From Blastocladiella emersonii ATCC 22665 (taxonomy: Eukaryota; Fungi; Blastocladiomycota), in the NCBI GenBank assembly GCA_025594325.1, contig JANHCV010000017.1:248001-312000 (forward strand): a stretch of 64,000 nucleotides of DNA, given 5' to 3'. The notes beneath the pieces are model-generated. The model had not been told where the DNA came from. It searched no databases and saw only the letters and a program-made list of their open reading frames with translations. Shown in pieces: positions 1 to 8,933 of this stretch (position 1 is its first letter; the number at the start of each line of letters is the position of its first letter). The position numbers and the translations under genes were made by a program.

Positions 1-1
1 A

Positions 2-139
2 ACAACATTGCTCACGCAATGGATCATGTATTTTATGGCAAGTAGTCTGCGAAGCAGAGACGGGGATGTCCGGCCCAATCGGACCCTCCACGGATCACAA
101 TATGCACGCAATGAATTGACTGATGATAGGGATGTACCA
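2..139. repeat. Highly degenerate monomer 0 (left edge)
   Basis: ATCACAATATGCACGCAA (94-111) matches consensus ATCACAGTATCGACCCAA at 14/18 in exact 138-bp register; the 5' half is barely recognisable. Confidence 0.65.
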
Positions 140-1381
140 AACCAGCCACGTAGACAATTGTCGTGGTTGTCGAACAAAACCATATTCAAATCTTTGGCAA
201 CGCGCCTGTCCAGCTAGCCAGGGACCCATGAATCACAGTATCGACCCAACAAGATATTAGACCATGGTAATATAGTAAACCAACCTCGTACATAATTGTC
301 ATGGTACTCAAACAAAACCATATTCAAGTCTTTGCTTTCCCGCATATCCAGCTGGCCAGGGACCCATAAATCACAGTATCGAACGAACAAGATATCTTAC
401 CATGGAAATATAGTTAACCAGCCACGCGGACAATTGTCATGGTACTCAATCGAGACCACATTCAAGTCTTTGCTCTCCCGCATGTCAAGCTGGTTGAAGG
501 CCCATTAATCACAGTATCGACCCAACAAGATATTTGACCATGGAAACATAGTAAACCAGCCACGCGGATAATTGTCATGGTACTCAATCAAAACCATATT
601 CATATTTTTGCTTCCCCGTATGTCAAGCTGGTTGAAGACCCATAACTCACAGTATCGACCCAACAAGATATTTGACCATGGAAACATAGTAAACCAGCCA
701 CGCGGATAATTGTCATGGTACTCAATCAAAACCATATTCATATTTTTGCTTCCCCGCATGTCAAGCTGGTTGAAGACCCATAAATCACAGTATCGAACCA
801 ACAAAATATCTGACCATGGAAATATAGTTAACCAGCCACGCGGACAATTGTCATGGTACTCAATCGAAACCACATTCAAGTCTTTGCTCTCCCGCATGTC
901 AAGCTGGTTGAAGGCCCATTAATCACAGTATCGACCCAACAAGATATTTGACCATGGAAACATAGTAAACCAGCCACGCGGATAATTGTCATGGTACTCA
1001 ATCAAAACCATATTCAAGTCTTTGCTTTCCCGCACGTCCAGCTGGTTGAAGGCCCATAAATCACAGTATCGACCCAACAAAGTATCTGACAACCGAAATA
1101 TAGCAGACAATCCACGCAGACAATTGTCATGCCACCTAATCAAAACCATATTCAAGTCTTTGCTTTCCCACATGTCAAGCTGGTTGAAGGCCCATAAATC
1201 ACAGTATCGAACCAACGAAATATCTGACCATGGAAATATAGTAAAGCAGCCACGCAGATAATTGTCATGGTACTTAATCAAAACCATATTCATATTTTTG
1301 CTTCCCCGCATGTCAAGCTGGTTGAAGGCCCATAAATCACAGTATCGAACGAACAAGATATCTTACCATGGAAATATAGTT
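140..1381. repeat. 138-bp minisatellite, 9 monomers m1-m9 (U1 shown; present in every unit)
   Basis: Monomer starts 140, 278, 416, 554, 692, 830, 968, 1106, 1244. Consensus AACCAGCCACGCGGATAATTGTCATGGTACTCAATCAAAACCATATTC...GACCATGGAAACATAGTA, 58/138 G+C by hand count. Confidence 0.98.
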
Positions 1382-1500
1382 AACCAGCCACGCAAATGAT
1401 TGTCATGCCACTTAATCAAAACCATACTCAAATGGTCGATTACCCTCACGTCCAAGCGGCCAAGGACCCAAACCGCCAGATACCCAAATCTACGACCACG
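1382..1500. repeat. Degenerate tenth monomer (right edge)
   Basis: AACCAGCCACGCAAATGATTGTCATGCCACTTAATCAAAACCATACTCAAAT matches the consensus in register, then decays progressively. Confidence 0.9.
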
Positions 1501-1600
1501 TTGCGCACACTCCACTAGCCAACTCTTCGATCCCCTAATTATGGAGCCCGTCGTCAAAGTCCACGGTCCAATCAACGAGGTAAACAGCGAACTTGTCAAA

Positions 1601-1616
1601 CTGCCAACCTGCCAAC
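1601..1616. repeat. (CTGCCAAC)2 short tandem duplication (every unit)
   Basis: Direct reading. Confidence 0.8.
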
Positions 1617-1717
1617 CAAACACCCACGCCGCTTCTCAAGCCACGGTGGGCCCGCGCATTTGCGTTGCCGTCCCAGCCAACGAAGGAATGACTGATGAGC
1701 CCTGGTAGCCTGCTAGA

Positions 1718-1733
1718 CTGACAGCCTGACAGC
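1718..1733. repeat. (CTGACAGC)2 short tandem duplication (every unit)
   Basis: Direct reading. Confidence 0.8.
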
Positions 1734-1925
1734 GCCCGCTCAGTTGCTATTATCTATCTCGTAGGTAGTCTGGGAGGAGTTCGTTAGTCGATACGCGACC
1801 AGTCTCCTCCTGGCTGCCCGCTCTGCTGCCATCTCCAAGGCCCGCATGAAGATGGGCCAGGGAGGTTTACGAGCATTTCCTATCTCTCCTCTCTCCGTGT
1901 GAAACCATTCACCCGCGGACGGATG

Positions 1926-2002
1926 CGCACCACGCACCGTGCACCGCGCACCGCGCACCGCGCACCGCGCACCGTGCACCGCGCACAGCGCACCGCGGAC
2001 AG
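1926..2002. repeat. Heptamer VNTR (CGCACCG)n with TGCACCG/CGCACAG/CGGACAG variants; 11, 13 or 15 copies per unit
   Basis: 11 in U1/U6, 13 modal, 15 in U11-U13. Confidence 0.97.
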
Positions 2003-2263
2003 CGCCCGATGCACCACACGCTGCGCACACGGCGCCAACGGCCACGCTGGTGTCACGCACACACACTCGCATGAACGGCAAGCAGGCAAGGCTTCCTCAA
2101 CTCAACCATGATCCATCGTCCATGTCTGCTCGCTCCAACGGGTGCGCCTGCTTACCCTCCCAGTGCCATCGATTGATTGATTCATGTCCAGTGCTGCCCA
2201 TGCTTTCATGGCCGCGGGGTCCGTCAGAACGCCTTGCAATGCGTGCGCCTGCATGCACCTGCA

Positions 2264-2313
2264 CTGCAGAGCGCTGCAGAGGGCTGCACAGCGCTGCGGA
2301 GGGCTGCAGAGGG
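2264..2313. repeat. Decamer tandem x5 (CTGCAGAGCG, CTGCAGAGGG, CTGCACAGCG, CTGCGGAGGG, CTGCAGAGGG), no copy-number change seen
   Basis: Direct reading; no contribution to unit length differences. Confidence 0.92.
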
Positions 2314-2486
2314 CTAAGGCGGCAGGGCTTCTCCTCCTGCAGGGGACAGTACCAAGGCCAAGGAGTGCTAGTGACTACTAACGGAATGGTGATTGGCCCC
2401 CTTCACACGCTCCTGGCAGGACTGCGTGTGGGCGTGCGGGCGTTTGTGCGTGCGTGCCTTGATTCGTCCACCATCATACGCGCAAA

Positions 2487-2579
2487 GTGACCAAGTGACC
2501 AAGTGACCAAGTGACCAAGTGACCAAGTGACCAAGGTGACCAAGGTGACCAAGGTGACCAAGGTGACCAAGGTGACCAA
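2487..2579. repeat. Compound VNTR (GTGACCAA)4-6 (GGTGACCAA)4-5
   Basis: 6+5 in U1, U6, U21; 5+5 in U4; 6+4 in U5; 4+5 elsewhere. Confidence 0.97.
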
Positions 2580-2604
2580 GTGACACACAAGCACCAAGCT
2601 AGGG

Positions 2605-2664
2605 TGGCCGGGCGGCCATGGAACGTACTGCATGGGAACCATTACCGTGGACTGGCCGCGGCCA
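2605..2664. other. Pair of palindromic sites TGGCCG-GG-CGGCCA (2605-2618) and TGGCCGCGGCCA (2653-2664)
   Basis: Perfect 12-bp palindrome plus the same half-sites with a 2-bp spacer; function unknown. Confidence 0.75.
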
Positions 2665-2929
2665 TTTATCGCAGCACAGCCCTGCCTGGCTCAGGACGCG
2701 GCGGGCGTGGGAGGCAGGCAGGGTAGATCGGTAGCAGCAGCAGGACCTGGCTAGCTGGCTGTCAAACAACACAAGTGAAGGGGTGCGTGAGGGAGGGTGT
2801 GTTGAATGAATGGATGGGTGGATGCAGGCAGAGAGAGACCTTCGTACGTGTCGTGGGTGATGAGGATTGGTTGGCCACCATCCACCAACGCCATGGCATG
2901 GCTGCGGGTGTCGCTGCGTGCGCCTTGGC

Positions 2930-2963
2930 GGGTGGTGTTGGTGGGTGGGTGGTCTTGGTGGGT
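2930..2963 (+). other. 17-bp direct repeat GGGTGGT(G/C)TTGGTGGGT x2, potential G-quadruplex
   Basis: Four G3 tracts (2930, 2943, 2947, 2960) with 10/1/10-nt loops; folding untested. Confidence 0.5.
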
Positions 2964-3044
2964 GCTGTGGTGGTAGTGGAGCTAGAGTGGTGCCGTGGGG
3001 CTCTTGGGGTCCCCTTTCCTTCCTGTCTGGCCTAGGTGGGTCGG

Positions 3045-3160
3045 CGGACGCAGCGCGCATGCGGGCAAGGTAACAACATTGCTCACGCAATGGATCATGT
3101 ATTTTATGGCAAGTAGTCTGCGAAGCAGAGACGGGGATGTCCGGCCCAATCGGACCCTCC
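3045..3160 (+). ncRNA. Speculative small-RNA cassette with spliced-leader-RNA-like architecture (once per unit junction)
   Basis: CAAG|GT donor-like site, 6-bp hairpin, ATTTTATGG Sm-like motif, 5-bp hairpin; no match to any SL exon I recognise, no T-tract terminator. Confidence 0.15.
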
Positions 3161-6002
3161 ACGGATCACAATATGCACGCAATGAATTGACTGATGATAG
3201 GGATGTACCAAACCAGCAACGTAGACAATTGTCGTGGTTGTCGAACAAAACCATATTCAAATCTTTGGCAACGCGCCTGTCCAGCTAGCCAGGGACCCAT
3301 GAATCACAGTATCGACCCAACAAGATATTAGACCATGGTAATATAGTAAACCAACCTCGTACATAATTGTCATGGTACTCAAACAAAACCATATTCAAGT
3401 CTTTGCTTTCCCGCATATCCAGCTGGCCAGGGACCCATAAATCACAGTATCGAACGAACAAGATATCTTACCATGGAAATATAGTTAACCAGCCACGCGG
3501 ACAATTGTCATGGTACTCAATCGAGACCACATTCAAGTCTTTGCTCTCCCGCATGTCAAGCTGGTTGAAGGCCCATTAATCACAGTATCGACCCAACAAG
3601 ATATTTGACCATGGAAACATAGTAAACCAGCCACGCGGATAATTGTCATGGTACTCAATCAAAACCATATTCATATTTTTGCTTCCCCGCATGTCAAGCT
3701 GGTTGAAGACCCATTAATCACAGTATCGAACCAACAAAATATCTGACCATGGAAATATAGTTAACCAGCCACGCGGACAATTGTCATGGTACTCAATCGA
3801 AACCACATTCAAGTCTTTGCTCTCCCGCATGTCAAGCTGGTTGAAGGCCCATAAATCACAGTATCGACCCAACAAGATATTTGACCATGGAAATATAGTA
3901 AACCAGCCACGCGGATAATTGTCATGGTACTCAATCAAAACCATATTCAAGTCTTTGCTTTCCCGCACGTCCAGCTGGTTGAAGGCCCATAAATCACAGT
4001 ATCGACCCAACAAAGTATCTGACAACCGAAATATAGCAGACAATCCACGCAGACAATTGTCATGCCACCTAATCAAAACCATATTCAAGTCTTTGCTTTC
4101 CCACATGTCAAGCTGGTTGAAGGCCCATAAATCACAGTATCGAACCAACGAAATATCTGACCATGGAAATATAGTAAAGCAGCCACGCAGATAATTGTCA
4201 TGGTACTTAATCAAAACCATATTCATATTTTTGCTTCCCCGCATGTCAAGCTGGTTGAAGGCCCATAAATCACAGTATCGAACGAACAAGATATCTTACC
4301 ATGGAAATATAGTTAACCAGCCACGCAAATGATTGTCATGCCACTTAATCAAAACCATACTCAAATGGTCGATTACCCTCACGTCCAAGCGGCCAAGGAC
4401 CCAAACCGCCAGATACCCAAATCTACGACCACGTTGCGCACACTCCACTAGCCAACTCTTCGATCCCCTAATTATGGAGCCCGTCGTCAAAGTCCACGGT
4501 CCAATCAACGAGGTAAACAGCGAACTTGTCAAACTGCCAACCTGCCAACCAAACACCCACGCCGCTTCTCAAGCCACGGTGGGCCCGCGCATTTGCGTTG
4601 CCGTCCCAGCCAACGAAGGAATGACTGATGAGCCCTGGTAGCCTGCTAGACTGACAGCCTGACAGCGCCCGCTCAGTTGCTATTATCTATCTCGTAGGTA
4701 GTCTGGGAGGAGTTCGTTAGTCGATACGCGACCAGTCTCCTCCTGGCTGCCCGCTCTGCTGCCATCTCCAAGGCCCGCATGAAGATGGGCCAGGGAGGTT
4801 TACGAGCATTTCCTATCTCTCCTCTCTCCGTGTGAAACCATTCACCCGCGGACGGATGCGCACCACGCACCGTGCACCGCGCACCGCGCACCGCGCACCG
4901 CGCACCGTGCACCGCGCACCGCGCACCGCGCACAGCGCACCGCGGACAGCGCCCGATGCACCACACGCTGCGCACACGGCGCCAACGGCCACGCTGGTGT
5001 CACGCACACACACTCGCATGAACGGCAAGCAGGCAAGGCTTCCTCAACTCAACCATGATCCATCGTCCATGTCTGCTCGCTCCAACGGGTGCGCCTGCCT
5101 ACCCTCCCAGTGCCATCGATTGATTGATTCATGTCCAGTGCTGCCCATGCTTTCATGGCCGCGGGGTCCGTCAGAACGCCTTGCAATGCGTGCGCCTGCA
5201 TGCACCTGCACTGCAGAGCGCTGCAGAGGGCTGCACAGCGCTGCGGAGGGCTGCAGAGGGCTAAGGCGGCAGGGCTTCTCCTCCTGCAGGGGACAGTACC
5301 AAGGCCAAGGAGTGCTAGTGACTACTAACGGAATGGTGATTGGCCCCCTTCACACGCTCCTGGCAGGACTGCGTGTGGGCGTGCGGGCGTTTGTGCGTGC
5401 GTGCCTTGATTCGTCCACCATCATACGCGCAAAGTGACCAAGTGACCAAGTGACCAAGTGACCAAGGTGACCAAGGTGACCAAGGTGACCAAGGTGACCA
5501 AGGTGACCAAGTGACACACAAGCACCAAGCTAGGGTGGCCGGGCGGCCATGGAACGTACTGCATGGGAACCATTACCGTGGACTGGCCGCGGCCATTTAT
5601 CGCAGCACAGCCCTGCCTGGCTCAGGACGCGGCGGGCGTGGGAGGCAGGCAGGGTAGATCGGTAGCAGCAGCAGGACCTGGCTAGCTGGCTGTCAAACAA
5701 CACAAGTGAAGGGGTGCGTGAGGGAGGGTGTGTTGAATGAATGGATGGGTGGATGCAGGCAGAGAGAGACCTTCATACGTGTCGTGGGTGATGAGGATTG
5801 GTTGGCCACCATCCACCAACGCCATGGCATGGCTGCGGGTGTCGCTGCGTGCGCCTTGGCGGGTGGTGTTGGTGGGTGGGTGGTCTTGGTGGGTGCTGTG
5901 GTGGTAGTGGAGCTAGAGTGGTGCCGTGGGGCTCTTGGGGTCCCCTTTCCTTCCTGTCTGGCCTAGGTGGGTCGGCGGACGCAGCGCGCATGCGGGCAAG
6001 GT
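3072..6002. repeat. Unit U2 (2931 bp): 8 monomers
   Basis: 3069-138; hybrid monomer with GAAGACCCATTAATC; A3218 variant. Confidence 0.95.
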
Positions 6003-8933
6003 AACAACATTGCTCACGCAATGGATCATGTATTTTATGGCAAGTAGTCTGCGAAGCAGAGACGGGGATGTCCGGCCCAATCGGACCCTCCACGGATCAC
6101 AATATGCACGCAATGAATTGACTGATGATAGGGATGTACCAAACCAGCCACGTAGACAATTGTCGTGGTTGTCGAACAAAACCATATTCAAATCTTTGGC
6201 AACGCGCCTGTCCAGCTAGCCAGGGACCCATGAATCACAGTATCGACCCAACAAGATATTAGACCATGGTAATATAGTAAACCAACCTCGTACATAATTG
6301 TCATGGTACTCAAACAAAACCATATTCAAGTCTTTGCTTTCCCGCATATCCAGCTGGCCAGGGACCCATAAATCACAGTATCGAACGAACAAGATATCTT
6401 ACCATGGAAATATAGTTAACCAGCCACGCGGACAATTGTCATGGTACTCAATCGAGACCACATTCAAGTCTTTGCTCTCCCGCATGTCAAGCTGGTTGAA
6501 GGCCCATTAATCACAGTATCGACCCAACAAGATATTTGACCATGGAAACATAGTAAACCAGCCACGCGGATAATTGTCATGGTACTCAATCAAAACCATA
6601 TTCATATTTTTGCTTCCCCGTATGTCAAGCTGGTTGAAGACCCATAACTCACAGTATCGACCCAACAAGATATTTGACCATGGAAACATAGTAAACCAGC
6701 CACGCGGATAATTGTCATGGTACTCAATCAAAACCATATTCATATTTTTGCTTCCCCGCATGTCAAGCTGGTTGAAGACCCATAAATCACAGTATCGAAC
6801 CAACAAAATATCTGACCATGGAAATATAGTTAACCAGCCACGCGGACAATTGTCATGGTACTCAATCGAAACCACATTCAAGTCTTTGCTCTCCCGCATG
6901 TCAAGCTGGTTGAAGGCCCATAAATCACAGTATCGACCCAACAAAGTATCTGACAACCGAAATATAGCAGACAATCCACGCAGACAATTGTCATGCCACC
7001 TAATCAAAACCATATTCAAGTCTTTGCTTTCCCACATGTCAAGCTGGTTGAAGGCCCATAAATCACAGTATCGAACCAACGAAATATCTGACCATGGAAA
7101 TATAGTAAAGCAGCCACGCAGATAATTGTCATGGTACTTAATCAAAACCATATTCATATTTTTGCTTCCCCGCATGTCAAGCTGGTTGAAGGCCCATAAA
7201 TCACAGTATCGAACGAACAAGATATCTTACCATGGAAATATAGTTAACCAGCCACGCAAATGATTGTCATGCCACTTAATCAAAACCATACTCAAATGGT
7301 CGATTACCCTCACGTCCAAGCGGCCAAGGACCCAAACCGCCAGATACCCAAATCTACGACCACGTTGCGCACACTCCACTAGCCAACTCTTCGATCCCCT
7401 AATTATGGAGCCCGTCGTCAAAGTCCACGGTCCAATCAACGAGGTAAACAGCGAACTTGTCAAACTGCCAACCTGCCAACCAAACACCCACGCCGCTTCT
7501 CAAGCCACGGTGGGCCCGCGCATTTGCGTTGCCGTCCCAGCCAACGAAGGAATGACTGATGAGCCCTGGTAGCCTGCTAGACTGACAGCCTGACAGCGCC
7601 CGCTCAGTTGCTATTATCTATCTCGTAGGTAGTCTGGGAGGAGTTCGTTAGTCGATACGCGACCAGTCTCCTCCTGGCTGCCCGCTCTGCTGCCATCTCC
7701 AAGGCCCGCATGAAGATGGGCCAGGGAGGTTTACGAGCATTTCCTATCTCTCCTCTCTCCGTGTGAAACCATTCACCCGCGGACGGATGCGCACCACGCA
7801 CCGTGCACCGCGCACCGCGCACCGCGCACCGCGCACCGTGCACCGCGCACCGCGCACCGCGCACAGCGCACCGCGGACAGCGCCCGATGCACCACACGCT
7901 GCGCACACGGCGCCAACGGCCACGCTGGTGTCACGCACACACACTCGCATGAACGGCAAGCAGGCAAGGCTTCCTCAACTCAACCATGATCCATCGTCCA
8001 TGTCTGCTCGCTCCAACGGGTGCGCCTGCCTACCCTCCCAGTGCCATCGATTGATTGATTCATGTCCAGTGCTGCCCATGCTTTCATGGCCGCGGGGTCC
8101 GTCAGAACGCCTTGCAATGCGTGCGCCTGCATGCACCTGCACTGCAGAGCGCTGCAGAGGGCTGCACAGCGCTGCGGAGGGCTGCAGAGGGCTAAGGCGG
8201 CAGGGCTTCTCCTCCTGCAGGGGACAGTACCAAGGCCAAGGAGTGCTAGTGACTACTAACGGAATGGTGATTGGCCCCCTTCACACGCTCCTGGCAGGAC
8301 TGCGTGTGGGCGTGCGGGCGTTTGTGCGTGCGTGCCTTGATTCGTCCACCATCATACGCGCAAAGTGACCAAGTGACCAAGTGACCAAGTGACCAAGGTG
8401 ACCAAGGTGACCAAGGTGACCAAGGTGACCAAGGTGACCAAGTGACACACAAGCACCAAGCTAGGGTGGCCGGGCGGCCATGGAACGTACTGCATGGGAA
8501 CCATTACCGTGGACTGGCCGCGGCCATTTATCGCAGCACAGCCCTGCCTGGCTCAGGACGCGGCGGGCGTGGGAGGCAGGCAGGGTAGATCGGTAGCAGC
8601 AGCAGGACCTGGCTAGCTGGCTGTCAAACAACACAAGTGAAGGGGTGCGTGAGGGAGGGTGTGTTGAATGAATGGATGGGTGGATGCAGGCAGAGAGAGA
8701 CCTTCATACGTGTCGTGGGTGATGAGGATTGGTTGGCCACCATCCACCAACGCCATGGCATGGCTGCGGGTGTCGCTGCGTGCGCCTTGGCGGGTGGTGT
8801 TGGTGGGTGGGTGGTCTTGGTGGGTGCTGTGGTGGTAGTGGAGCTAGAGTGGTGCCGTGGGGCTCTTGGGGTCCCCTTTCCTTCCTGTCTGGCCTAGGTG
8901 GGTCGGCGGACGCAGCGCGCATGCGGGCAAGGT
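6003..8933. repeat. Unit U3 (2931 bp): 8 monomers with an m6/m7 fusion
   Basis: 3069-138; monomer 6832-6969 starts as m6 and ends as m7. Confidence 0.95.

Larger units (their letters stand above)
1..3071. repeat. Unit U1 (3071 bp): 9 monomers, 11 heptamers, octamer/nonamer 6+5
   Basis: 3069 -14 +16; variants T2152, G2844. Confidence 0.95.

Noticed and set aside
117-145. Hammerhead ribozyme core CTGATGA (also at ~1692)
   Set aside because: Neither is followed by a stem II and GAAA; the remaining core is absent.
788-800. Pol III B-box-like GTTCGATAC on the minus strand of some monomers
   Set aside because: Present in only a subset of monomers, poor A-box, no cloverleaf.
416-1381. Another minus frame whose consensus stops are all TGA (possible recoding)
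   Set aside because: A rough hand count of monomer differences gave about 7 synonymous to 14 non-synonymous, not clearly beyond neutral, and one TGA alternates with GGA.
140-1381. CRISPR array or integron attC cassette array
   Set aside because: Monomers are similar over their full length with no unique spacers or cassette ORFs; no cas or integrase gene; flanks do not fit RYYYAAC/GTTRRRY.
189-1623. Minus-strand frame running in register through the monomers (…RYCDLWAFNQLD…), vaguely LRR-like
   Set aside because: Interrupted by five stops per modal unit; a 46-codon repeat is open in at least one of six frames by chance about half the time; no convincing LRR consensus.
2487-2579. Interstitial telomeric repeat
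   Set aside because: GTGACCAA/GGTGACCAA matches no telomere motif I know and lacks a G-rich strand.
2856-2870. C/D snoRNA box C (GTGATGA)
   Set aside because: No CTGA box D within a plausible distance and no terminal stem.
1-3071. rRNA, 5S, tRNA, U1/U2/U4/U5/U6/U3, or known SL exons (nematode, trypanosome, dinoflagellate, euglenid)
   Set aside because: None of the conserved signature sequences I know was found on either strand by eye; an Rfam search is still needed.
1-3071. Epstein-Barr virus IR1 (3072-bp unit)
   Set aside because: Only the length is similar; the sequence and AT-rich 138-bp sub-array do not match.
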